A stretch of DNA of 64,000 nt from NCBI GenBank assembly GCA_017413105.1, contig JAFPVA010000235.1, positions 6,045 through 70,044 of the forward strand, read 5' to 3'. The position numbers and the translations under genes were made by a program. The notes under the pieces are model-generated. The model saw only the letters and a list, made by a program, of their open reading frames with translations, was not told the DNA's origin and did no database searches. Of the stretch, positions 8,292-17,450 are shown in pieces. The stretch's first letter is position 1; every line of letters begins with the position of its first letter. The DNA is from Butyrivibrio sp. GTDB taxonomy: Bacteria; Bacillota; Clostridia; Lachnospirales; Lachnospiraceae.

Positions 8292-11108
8292 TCACTTATC
8301 TTTTTTGATGATCTTGTTCACAAGGATCTTTCCGGCGCGCTTTGCTGCGTAAGGTCCTACAGCTTTAAGCTTGTCCTCGGCCTTGTACATCTTGCTTGCC
8401 TCAGGCATATCGCGGGTAAGATGGATAGCATCGAATTCACACTTTGTGGTGCAGAGTCCGCAGCCGATACATTTATTCTCGTCAACAGTTGTAGCACCGC
8501 AGGAGAGGCATCTTGAAGCCTCGGTCTTAACCTGGTCCTCTGTGAATACAAGGCGAAGATCATCGAAGGTATCCTTGGCAACTCCGGCCTTCTTGCCCGG
8601 GATCTGTCTCTTTGCATTATCAAAGCTCTCTACAAAGATATCGTCCTTATCCAGCTCGATGAATTCTCTTCTGTCTCTTGCAAGATCAAGTCTGTTACCC
8701 TTATGAACGAAACGGTTGATGGAAACCATACCCTCACGTCCGCCGGCGATGGCATCAATTGCAAATCTAGCTCCTGTAAATACATCACCGCCTACAAAGA
8801 TATCAGGCTCTGCAGTCTGTCTTGTAAGAGGATCAGCTACTACTGTGCCGTTTCTGTTAAGTTCAACCTTTGTGCCCTCAAGAAGGCTTCCCCACTGAAC
8901 TGACTGTCCGATTGAAAGAAGCAGATTCTCACATGGGATCTCAATTGTATCGTTCTCATCATATTTTGGCGAGAAGCGATGCTGCTCATCAAATACGCTT
9001 ACGCATCTCTTGAAGATAACAGCCTTAACATGGCCATTCTCGGTAACAACTTCCTTAGGTCCCCAGCCGTTCTTAACTTCGATGCCTTCCTCTTTAGCCT
9101 CTTCAACTTCGTCCTTAGCTGCAGGCATTTCCTTCTCGCCCTCAAGGCAGAGCATTGTAACCTTTGAAGCACCTGCTCTTACAGCAGTTCTGGCTACGTC
9201 TATGGCAACATTACCACCACCGATGACAACAGTATCACCATTAAGCTTAATGCTGTGATCCTGATTGATTGTTCTAAGGAAATCAACACCGGTCTGAACA
9301 CCCTTTGCATCCTCTCCGGGAACTCCTGCAAGTCTTCCGCCCTGCATACCGATAGCGATGAAGAATGCCTTGTAGCCTTCCTCACGGAGCTTCTGGATAG
9401 TGATGTCCTTACCAACCTCAACGCCGCACTTAAACTCAACACCCATCTGCTTCATGACATCAATCTCAGCCTCGATGATGTCCTTCTCAAGTCTATAGCT
9501 TGGGATGCCGTTCACGAGCATACCGCCGGCACGTTTTTCTTTTTCAAATACTGTTACTGGATATCCGTCTCTTCTAAGGAAATAAGCTGCAGAAAGTCCT
9601 GCAGGGCCGCCTCCGATAACGGCTACCTTGTACTCATCGCCCCACATTCCGCCGTCGTGCTTCTCGCAAAGAGGAACATAGCGCTTGTCTGCCTTAAGAT
9701 CCAGTGAAGCAATAAACTTCTTGATCTCGTCAATAGCAAGAGGCTGATCGATCGTGCCTCTTGTGCAGGCATCTTCACATCTTCTGTTACATACAGCACC
9801 GCAGATCATAGGAAGCGGATTGTCCTGCTTGATGAGCTTAAGAGCATCTTCATATCTTCCCTCAGCAGCCATCTTAATATATCCCTGAACTGAAAGATGT
9901 ACAGGACATGCTGTCTTACAAGGAGCTGTACCTGTCTCATAGCAGTTGATCTTAGCATCATCACGATAGTTGTAATTCCACTTCTCAGGGCCCCAGTTCT
10001 TTACATTAGGAAGCTCAGCCTTAGGATAAGTAACTTCTGTCTTGTCCTTCTTGCAAAGCTTCTGACCAAGCTTGGCTGCACCAACAGGGCAAACCTCTAC
10101 GCACTTACCGCAGGCTACGCACTTATCCTTCTCAACATGTGCTCTGTAAGCTGAAGCAGACATGTTAGGAGTGTTAAAGAGCTGTGAAGTACGAAGGGCA
10201 TTACATACGCCGGGAGCACAGTTACAGATAGCAACGATCTTGCCCTCGCCGTCTATATTTGTGATCTGGTGAACATAGCCATGGCGCTCTGCTCTCTCTA
10301 ATATCTCGTAAACTTCTTCCTTGGTGATATAGTGACCGATTCCACGATCATCCATGTACTCAGCCATATCACCCATTCCGATACAATAATCACCGCGAAT
10401 CTCGCCGCTTCCCTCACCTCTCATCGCCTGCTGCTTACGGCATGAACACTCGGAAATGCCATACTTGTCATACATGTCGATCCAGCGTGAAAGATGCTCA
10501 ACGGGAACTGACTGATTCTCCAGTGAAATAGCCTTCTCAACAGGGATTACGTGCATACCGATGCCGGCTCCTCCCTGAGGAACCATCTGGGTAATACCTG
10601 CAAGTGGCAGCTGTGTCATAAGATTAAAGAATGTAGCAAGCTGTGGGAATTCATCGGTCAGCTTGTCCTGCATCATCATAAACTCAGCGGAGCCCGGTAC
10701 AAAAATAGGGAGCTCATACTGCTTGTGTTTGTCCGGTGTCTTGGCACGGTTCTGTTCGATAATACCTATCCATACAAGCCTGTCAACCATCCTCTGAGTA
10801 TGCTCAATCCCCATTTTGTTCATCTCAGCAAGTTCTTCGATGGAATACGGCACACGAGTCTTCTTGAAGCTTAAAAGGAACTTAACCTGTTCCTTGTCCA
10901 GTATCATATCAAGCATCCAGTATTCAGGATCTCTGTTGTTGATCTTGTTTGTAAGCTTTTTGACATAACGGTCAGTTATCAGCTTAGCAAGCTCAAGAAC
11001 CAGCTTCTCCTTCTCCGGATCCTTGGCAACATAATCAGGATCTTGCCAATAATCCCGCTCGTTGATCATAGGATCTCCGAGCTTCCATTCTTTTAAGTTT
11101 GTAGCCAT
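8292..11108 (-). CDS. Multi-Fe-S FAD/NAD(P)H oxidoreductase (GltD/DPD-like core with extra ferredoxin domains)
   Basis: CVACGKCVEVCP, PCKTACP...CGAVCNRRCE, GGGPAG, GGGNVA, RCLSC and CIGCGLCTTKC motifs. Confidence 0.88.
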   Translation of the reverse strand: MATNLKEWKLGDPMINERDYWQDPDYVAKDPEKEKLVLELAKLITDRYVKKLTNKINNRDPEYWMLDMILDKEQVKFLLSFKKTRVPYSIEELAEMNKMGIEHTQRMVDRLVWIGIIEQNRAKTPDKHKQYELPIFVPGSAEFMMMQDKLTDEFPQLATFFNLMTQLPLAGITQMVPQGGAGIGMHVIPVEKAISLENQSVPVEHLSRWIDMYDKYGISECSCRKQQAMRGEGSGEIRGDYCIGMGDMAEYMDDRGIGHYITKEEVYEILERAERHGYVHQITNIDGEGKIVAICNCAPGVCNALRTSQLFNTPNMSASAYRAHVEKDKCVACGKCVEVCPVGAAKLGQKLCKKDKTEVTYPKAELPNVKNWGPEKWNYNYRDDAKINCYETGTAPCKTACPVHLSVQGYIKMAAEGRYEDALKLIKQDNPLPMICGAVCNRRCEDACTRGTIDQPLAIDEIKKFIASLDLKADKRYVPLCEKHDGGMWGDEYKVAVIGGGPAGLSAAYFLRRDGYPVTVFEKEKRAGGMLVNGIPSYRLEKDIIEAEIDVMKQMGVEFKCGVEVGKDITIQKLREEGYKAFFIAIGMQGGRLAGVPGEDAKGVQTGVDFLRTINQDHSIKLNGDTVVIGGGNVAIDVARTAVRAGASKVTMLCLEGEKEMPAAKDEVEEAKEEGIEVKNGWGPKEVVTENGHVKAVIFKRCVSVFDEQHRFSPKYDENDTIEIPCENLLLSIGQSVQWGSLLEGTKVELNRNGTVVADPLTRQTAEPDIFVGGDVFTGARFAIDAIAGGREGMVSINRFVHKGNRLDLARDRREFIELDKDDIFVESFDNAKRQIPGKKAGVAKDTFDDLRLVFTEDQVKTEASRCLSCGATTVDENKCIGCGLCTTKCEFDAIHLTRDMPEASKMYKAEDKLKAVGPYAAKRAGKILVNKIIKKDK

Positions 11109-11179
11109 AAAAAATCCTTCCCCTTTATAAATATTACTTAGAAAAAACTTAGTTTTTTGCCGCCTTCATTGTACAATAA

Positions 11180-11231
11180 AAGCCCCATTTTTCATATACT
11201 TTTTGATGAGATTTTATGAAAAAAGGGGCTT
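11180..11231 (-). terminator. Hairpin ending the methylase-HAD unit
   Basis: aagccccatttttcat...atgaaaaaaggggctt inverted repeat. Confidence 0.6.
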
Positions 11232-11241
11232 CGTTTCCACT

Positions 11242-12105
11242 CTATTCAGTTGTCTTTTCCTTGTTTTTTAAATGAATTTTTTCAAGTTTCTCATTTGCGA
11301 CAGTCCTGTCAATTATACACTTTACAAGTTCATCCAGTTCACTGCCTTCTTCATAATTTGCCGGAGCAAAATACCTTATCCTGTTCTCATCCATCATCTT
11401 GCGGACCTTGGTCATATCCTTGGTTCCCGCATCGTAAACTCCGATAGAATGGCCGCCATAGGCATTTACCAGTCGCATGCAGGGCACATCCGTATCGCTG
11501 TCACCTATATAGACAAAATTCCTGAAGGGAACCCTTCTCTCCTCAATTGGTGAGTTATCGTTGACCGCCGGATCGTTCACATCCAGAACCCCCTTCTCAA
11601 TCCTGAAAAGGAACTGGGTCTTGTTGGTGTAGTTGACCACCTGGGCAGGCCACTTCGCTACTCCCTCAGAATCAAAGTAAAAGCTGCTGGCATATATTTT
11701 TCTAAAGGCTCCTTTTCTGGCAACACTGGTGCCCTCTATCATCTCCTTAAGTCCGGAAGATATGATATAGTGCTCAACGATTATCCCCTTGCTATTGCCA
11801 TATTCCTTTATCCTGTCAAACCATTCCTCAACACCGGGAAACAGCTTGACCTTTGAGCCGTACTCAGAGAGAGTCTTTTTGTTAAAAACAAGCTTTCCCT
11901 TTGATTCATTCAGCATCTTGTACATGTATGCCAGATTCTGGTCCATATCGTTCTCTTTTGCCAGCTTTGAGCATTCCTCCCAGAACTTTGGCACATCAAA
12001 ACCCACCGACTGGATATACCCCTGGGCCTGCATATCGTCAGGAGATAAGGTCTTATCAAAATCATAGCATATAGCAACTACACTCTTGCCGGTCTCTTTA
12101 TCCAT
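11242..12105 (-). CDS. HAD-superfamily hydrolase
   Basis: DFDKTL (motif I), ISSG (motif II), conserved Lys in NKTQ, GDSDTD (motif IV). Confidence 0.9.
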   Translation of the reverse strand: MDKETGKSVVAICYDFDKTLSPDDMQAQGYIQSVGFDVPKFWEECSKLAKENDMDQNLAYMYKMLNESKGKLVFNKKTLSEYGSKVKLFPGVEEWFDRIKEYGNSKGIIVEHYIISSGLKEMIEGTSVARKGAFRKIYASSFYFDSEGVAKWPAQVVNYTNKTQFLFRIEKGVLDVNDPAVNDNSPIEERRVPFRNFVYIGDSDTDVPCMRLVNAYGGHSIGVYDAGTKDMTKVRKMMDENRIRYFAPANYEEGSELDELVKCIIDRTVANEKLEKIHLKNKEKTTE

Positions 12106-12120
12106 TAAAAAATCTCTCCT

Positions 12121-14103
12121 TCATCCTCTTGTATTATTACTTATGATAGTCCGTTCCTTAGGATCAAGATCAAAAAGATCCATGATGATATCATCTATTT
12201 TTTCATATATTTCTTCATCTTGCAGATTCCAGTCATTTGAAGCCTTCCTGCCATCTGCATATATGAGCCTGTCTGCCAGCTCCGATACTACCTTCTGTGT
12301 CTTTTCATCCGCATAAGGGATCGGAATAGCCTCTATGTGGGCCCTCAGTATTTTAACAGAATTAAACCTCCGCAAAAAGATAAATCGGGATACCGTTGAG
12401 TTTAATACCGCCAGCACATATTTTACGGTGAGCCCTTCTATCCTTGGGATAACAATATTACAGCTGTTTAAGGAGAGCCTGCCCTTATCGTCATAGGCAA
12501 ACACCGGATAGCTGCTTATGAATTTGTAAAAGAGCTTTTCCTTTGCCCTGTAATATTCCTCCCTGGCAACCTGCTGGAAGTTTTCCGGTTTAAAAACAAT
12601 GTAGTTTTCTCCGGAGCCTGCTCTGTACCTTGAAATGTCGGAACCCTTTAAGATGACTTCATTTTCACTGTTCTTTTTGCTAAAAATATAGTCCCTGTTA
12701 TTTCCCGTAACTATTCCCAGGGCAAAATCCGCATTCTCTCGCAGATACCTGATATTATCTGTCATCTCCAGCTTTTTGAGAATCCGGTATTCCTCATCTG
12801 TAGCAAGGAAATTAAAGCTGTCCGCATCTGCTTCCCTGTCAGTCTCAATGGTGAATTCCCTATCCTCATCACTCACCTTAAGCCCCTTAACAGACATTTT
12901 TTTACCGGTCTTACATATCCTTAATATCACGCTGGGGCAGTTTACTTTGTCGAAGGCATCCCCCAGATACACTATCCTGTCAAGAGTGCTTTCTTCCAGA
13001 ATAAACTCTCTTATGGGTCTGTGTCCTTTGACTCCAAGAATAGCCTCCGGAAGGACAAAGGACAGAAGTCCTCCCACAGGAAGTTCTCTCAGGGCTTTTT
13101 CCACAAACACATCGTAGGATTCAAAGCTCTTTTTCTCAGTAACTCTATATCTTCCCTTTAAAGAAGCCCTTTCTTCATCGGAAAAGTCGTAGCCCCAGGG
13201 CGGATTCCCGATTACCAGATCAAACTTTTTGTCAAAGCTTTCCGAAAGATAATCCACGCTTGTGAAATGTTTCTTTATGACCTCCGCAGAAGCTCTGTCA
13301 AACTTAAGGGCCATGTTTATCCTGGCAATCCTTATGCTGACTTCGTCAATATCATTCCCGAAAATTTTCTGAATTCCAACTTCTTTAGGGAGCTGCAAAA
13401 GAAAATTCCCCGTACCGCAACAAGGGTCAAAAACTTTTTTATCTCCCACTTCCCCCAGCTGCTCCATAAGCTTTTTTACCACCAGGTTCGGCGTATAGTA
13501 GGAGCCCTTTGCCTTTCTGTTTCCAAGGTTTTTGCAGGATATGTAGATAAGTCCCGGAATGTCCTCTTTTTCCTCATAGGCGTATTGACGCCCGAAAAGC
13601 TCCGGCTCTTTTTCGTAAAACAAAAGAGCTCTTTTCCTGTCACCGATAAGGTCATCCAGAAGCTGATCACGCTCCCCGAAAGAGACCTCTTTTCTCAGAT
13701 ATCTCTTATAAAGGCCTTCATCCCAGGTAATCCCAAACTTATCCGCAAAAAGACTAACAGCGCAGTCTGCCACAAGATAGGAAACTTCCTGCTGCGTAAG
13801 CTCCAGTTCTTTTTCCGCAAGCACTTCAATAAGTTCCAAAAGACTCTTTTTCTGTAATCTGCAGCTGTCGGAAACATAGGAGTTATAAAGGCCTATTCCG
13901 GATACGTATTTCTTGTTACGCCTGCTCTTTAATGCAGTGTTTTCACCGGAGGTTATAGCTTTTTTTATCTGCTCAATATAATCCACAGAAAAAAGAGGTA
14001 TGCCACCCCGGTTTTCCGTTGGTATGAGTTTGCCAAGCCGCACCCAGTTTTTACCTGTTGCTACTGAAATTGACAACTCTCTGCACGCCTCTTTTAAAGT
14101 CAT
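12121..14103 (-). CDS. N6-adenine DNA methyltransferase (gamma class, TaqI-like C-terminal TRD) with an N-terminal HTH
   Basis: GSYYTP, FDPCCGTGNF (motif I), IGNPPW (motif IV) and a C-terminal YVLAVLNS...IEAIPIP TRD. The N-terminus MTLKEACRELSISVATGKNWVRLGKL resembles a MerR/Xis-type HTH. Confidence 0.9.
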   Translation of the reverse strand: MTLKEACRELSISVATGKNWVRLGKLIPTENRGGIPLFSVDYIEQIKKAITSGENTALKSRRNKKYVSGIGLYNSYVSDSCRLQKKSLLELIEVLAEKELELTQQEVSYLVADCAVSLFADKFGITWDEGLYKRYLRKEVSFGERDQLLDDLIGDRKRALLFYEKEPELFGRQYAYEEKEDIPGLIYISCKNLGNRKAKGSYYTPNLVVKKLMEQLGEVGDKKVFDPCCGTGNFLLQLPKEVGIQKIFGNDIDEVSIRIARINMALKFDRASAEVIKKHFTSVDYLSESFDKKFDLVIGNPPWGYDFSDEERASLKGRYRVTEKKSFESYDVFVEKALRELPVGGLLSFVLPEAILGVKGHRPIREFILEESTLDRIVYLGDAFDKVNCPSVILRICKTGKKMSVKGLKVSDEDREFTIETDREADADSFNFLATDEEYRILKKLEMTDNIRYLRENADFALGIVTGNNRDYIFSKKNSENEVILKGSDISRYRAGSGENYIVFKPENFQQVAREEYYRAKEKLFYKFISSYPVFAYDDKGRLSLNSCNIVIPRIEGLTVKYVLAVLNSTVSRFIFLRRFNSVKILRAHIEAIPIPYADEKTQKVVSELADRLIYADGRKASNDWNLQDEEIYEKIDDIIMDLFDLDPKERTIISNNTRG

Positions 14104-14107
14104 ATTA

Positions 14108-16480
14108 TTATCCCACAATTATCTCAGCAAATTCTTTTTCCGGCATAGGCTTGTAGAACAAATATCCCTGTATGTAATCACATTCCGCTTCCTGAAGGAA
14201 CTTGAACTGTTTCTCAGTCTCAACGCCTTCCGCCGTGACCTTGACCCCTATGGAATGGGCAAGCTTTATAGTTGATTCTATTATAGCTTCTGCCTTGCTG
14301 TTAATTCCTATCTTTCTTATAAATCCAATATCCAGCTTGATTATATCAAAATCGAAGCTCTCAAGCATAGACAAAGAACTCATGCCGCTTCCAAAGTCAT
14401 CAAGGAGTATCTGGATTCCCTGCTTTTTAATCTTGCTAAGGAAATCCATGGCCTTGGCCTCAAGATCGGCATAAGCCGACTCCGTCACCTCAAATCTGAT
14501 CATGGCGGTGTCAATTTTCCTCTCCTTTATCATAGCAAAAATATCATCCATAAACGAGGAGTCATAGAAATCAACCCTGGAAAGATTGATGGCACAGGGT
14601 ACTGCCTTAAGCCCCCTTGAAACACGGTCGGCTATAAAATCCAGTCCCCTCTCAATCATGAACTTATCGAGAATTGAGATCTTGCCTTCAGACTCGATGG
14701 CGGTTACAAAATCATAGGGCGGAACCATTCCGAAGTCCTTGTGGCGCCACCTTATGAGCATCTCTGCGCTGGCTATATCACCGGTCTTTGTATCGACAAT
14801 GGGCTGATAGTAGGGTTCAAACTCATTGTCCGCGATTCCTCTTTCAAAATCAGACAAAAGGAATCTCTGTCTGACATAGTTTTCCTTCATTACATCATCG
14901 TAATAGGCGTAGAGACGGTTTCCCTTTCCTCCGCCGTTTCCGATGGACTTCTCAGCAAGCTTTGCCCCCGCAATAAGCTGTGTTATCTCCATTCCTGAAT
15001 TTCGTATGGAATAAATACCGCAGCGTATCTCGTAGCTGAATTCCTTGGATTCTATCTTAAAGACCTGACGGCACATAGCCTTCAGATTCTTTTCTTTAAG
15101 GTTATCATCTGAAGTGATAAGGACAAAATGGTCACTTTCCAGCCTGCCCACAATGACAGGTTTCAAATATTTCCTAACGGCATCCCTTGTCTGGAACACA
15201 ACAATATCACCGTTGCGATCGCCAAAAAGCTCATTTACCGCTTTAAATCCCTTGATATTTGTATAGACCAGAGAATAGTGGTCGTCTTCCTTAAGTTCTG
15301 AAATAAAGAGACTTGCCCTCTCCAGGAATCCTGTTCTTGCATATTCGTCTGTCATCCAGTCGTGATCAAGAGCTGTGGTTATGTCAAAATAGACAATAAG
15401 GAACCAGTCAGGATATCCCGGAACCTCCCTGACTCTTATATTCTTGGCACGTCTTTGTCCCTGATTATTTACATGGACAGTCCTGACGTAATTACCTCTG
15501 TCCTTTAATTCTTCCAGGATAACAGGAATCCTTATCTGGTCAAGAAAAGCCTCCTGTTCCTCTTCCACCACAGACTGTGAGAGCTTAAAACAGATGTCAG
15601 TATACTTTAGTCTGCTGCTCTCAAATATATCCCATAGTTTTTCGCAGAGGTAATATACCTCGCAGACTTCCGTCTTCTTATTTACCGAAACCACCATGTC
15701 GTAGCCGTCATCCAAAAGAGTCTTGATAACAGGCTGCTCAAAATACCCCATGTAAGGTACAATGGTTCCCTGCCTGAGGGGCTTTATCTGTCCGTCTTCA
15801 ATAATCTCTCCGCTGCCCTTAAACTTGGTCTTGCCATTTTTTACCTTAAAATAACTGCCATCTGTTACAAGATAAAAACGCCTTCCAAAACTGTCGGGCA
15901 GAACCACATCCTCTATAAAATCCAGATTGTCTATCCTAGCCCCTTTCATCGCTTCAGCATGGGGTATCATCTGAATATTTGTAAGATCCAGTCCTTCTGA
16001 GAATCTGACAAAATTAGGATCCGCCGCTTCTCCTTCAAGTTCAGGCATAAGATAAACGCTATAAGCAGAATTGACCGAGCCCGCGCTGAGGCCTATTATA
16101 ACCCCTTCATAGTTCAAAAGAGCTTCCTTTAGCCCTATCGTCTTCATATAAGCCAGCTGGGTCGGGGCATGTCCACCTGCAAGATAGATCACATTTGCCC
16201 AGGAAATGAGCTTCTTAAGAGCCTGACCCTTTTCTCTTCCAAGCATCTTTACTTCGCCCACAGAAAGCTCTTCAAATTCAAAAGCATCCAGAATCCGCTG
16301 TTTCTGATTCTCATTCTCTTTTTTGGCATCAGGATCACAGGGCACATAAAGAATTTTCGCGTCAGCAGGCCACTCTTTTCTAAGGTCAGCAAAAAAACCA
16401 TACGGATCTATGGGTTCTTCCTTCTTGTAAGAGTCCAAATCCTGATACTTTATGAAACTGCTGGTCAGATAAACAACCAT
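14108..16480 (-). CDS. Peptidase S51 (PepE/glutamine amidotransferase-like)-degenerate GGDEF-EAL fusion protein
   Basis: N-terminal IYLAGG, GLSAG and IPH; middle NIKGFKAVNELFGDRNGD...RLESDHF; C-terminal EML, NLS, EVTES, DDFGSG, KLD, EGVE and QGY. Confidence 0.85.
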   Translation of the reverse strand: MVVYLTSSFIKYQDLDSYKKEEPIDPYGFFADLRKEWPADAKILYVPCDPDAKKENENQKQRILDAFEFEELSVGEVKMLGREKGQALKKLISWANVIYLAGGHAPTQLAYMKTIGLKEALLNYEGVIIGLSAGSVNSAYSVYLMPELEGEAADPNFVRFSEGLDLTNIQMIPHAEAMKGARIDNLDFIEDVVLPDSFGRRFYLVTDGSYFKVKNGKTKFKGSGEIIEDGQIKPLRQGTIVPYMGYFEQPVIKTLLDDGYDMVVSVNKKTEVCEVYYLCEKLWDIFESSRLKYTDICFKLSQSVVEEEQEAFLDQIRIPVILEELKDRGNYVRTVHVNNQGQRRAKNIRVREVPGYPDWFLIVYFDITTALDHDWMTDEYARTGFLERASLFISELKEDDHYSLVYTNIKGFKAVNELFGDRNGDIVVFQTRDAVRKYLKPVIVGRLESDHFVLITSDDNLKEKNLKAMCRQVFKIESKEFSYEIRCGIYSIRNSGMEITQLIAGAKLAEKSIGNGGGKGNRLYAYYDDVMKENYVRQRFLLSDFERGIADNEFEPYYQPIVDTKTGDIASAEMLIRWRHKDFGMVPPYDFVTAIESEGKISILDKFMIERGLDFIADRVSRGLKAVPCAINLSRVDFYDSSFMDDIFAMIKERKIDTAMIRFEVTESAYADLEAKAMDFLSKIKKQGIQILLDDFGSGMSSLSMLESFDFDIIKLDIGFIRKIGINSKAEAIIESTIKLAHSIGVKVTAEGVETEKQFKFLQEAECDYIQGYLFYKPMPEKEFAEIIVG

Positions 16481-16499
16481 AATCTAATCCCCAATTGTA

Positions 16500-17444
16500 C
16501 TACCTTTTGTCTTTGTCAATCAGTTCCAAAAGTCCAACCGCAATAGCTACGTAAACAAATGTCCAGGCAATGAGCCATATCCAGCACTTTATTACAATAC
16601 CACTGTCAAAATTGTACTCCGGCTTCTGGTTCAGCTCTGCGGATTTCATAAGAAGCTCATCCCTGTAGTTATTCTCTTCTATCATTCTGAACGCATCTAA
16701 TAGCGGTTTTTCTCCATCAACATCAATATCCTTCATCTTAAGGGCATTGTTCCACACAGAGACCATGGGCAGGGAGTTATAGTCTCCCTGGGCGCAAAGC
16801 GCTGTCAGCCCCCATTTTGTAGCTGTAAGGTTTGTAAGTGGCATAGCCTCCTGCGGCAGCGAAAAGAAGCCTCCTGAGAACAAAAGCTGAATGATCAGAA
16901 GGAATGGCATTATCGTCATGGCGGTGGTTGTGGTCCTGGACAGGGCCGAAATCAGCAGCGCCAGCATGTCTGCACAATAAGTAATAAAGAATAGTGTAAT
17001 TCCAAAATCCACCAAAGGCCAGGGAGTTATAAGGCTCTTTTCCGGCAGCTTAACCTGCATGAAAGAGCACACAACGATCGTTATGATGACCTGCAGGATG
17101 CATAAAAGTGCCTGGTAGATCATGTGGGCAGCCACGTAGGAGCTGATATGAAGACCTGACCTGTGCTCTCTTTTTATTATCGCCCTTTCACGGCAGATAA
17201 CCTGAATGGAATTGAAGAACCCGTTCCACACGCAGATGCAGGCAAGGGCAAAGGTTCCCATGAGGGTCCCCTCCATGGTCTTATACAGATTCGAGCCTAC
17301 CGCAAAAGAGACAAGTCCTGCGATAACTGCTGCCATGGGAAGAACTTTCCAGTCATTCTGAAACAGAAACATCCTGAAGAGTTTTCCCAGATATATGATA
17401 GTCTGAAAGCCGCGGCCTCTGTGCCTTACTGTATATTCATCCAT
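16500..17444 (-). CDS. ABC-2 type exporter permease
   Basis: Six hydrophobic segments; NSIQVICRERAIIKREHR and PFLLIIQLLFSGG, typical of ABCG-type permeases. Confidence 0.88.
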   Translation of the reverse strand: MDEYTVRHRGRGFQTIIYLGKLFRMFLFQNDWKVLPMAAVIAGLVSFAVGSNLYKTMEGTLMGTFALACICVWNGFFNSIQVICRERAIIKREHRSGLHISSYVAAHMIYQALLCILQVIITIVVCSFMQVKLPEKSLITPWPLVDFGITLFFITYCADMLALLISALSRTTTTAMTIMPFLLIIQLLFSGGFFSLPQEAMPLTNLTATKWGLTALCAQGDYNSLPMVSVWNNALKMKDIDVDGEKPLLDAFRMIEENNYRDELLMKSAELNQKPEYNFDSGIVIKCWIWLIAWTFVYVAIAVGLLELIDKDKR

Positions 17445-17450
17445 AGCACC

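Noticed and set aside
11242-14103. Complete type II restriction-modification system
   Set aside because: No endonuclease-like ORF flanks the MTase, and no PD-(D/E)xK or HNH motif was recognised within it.
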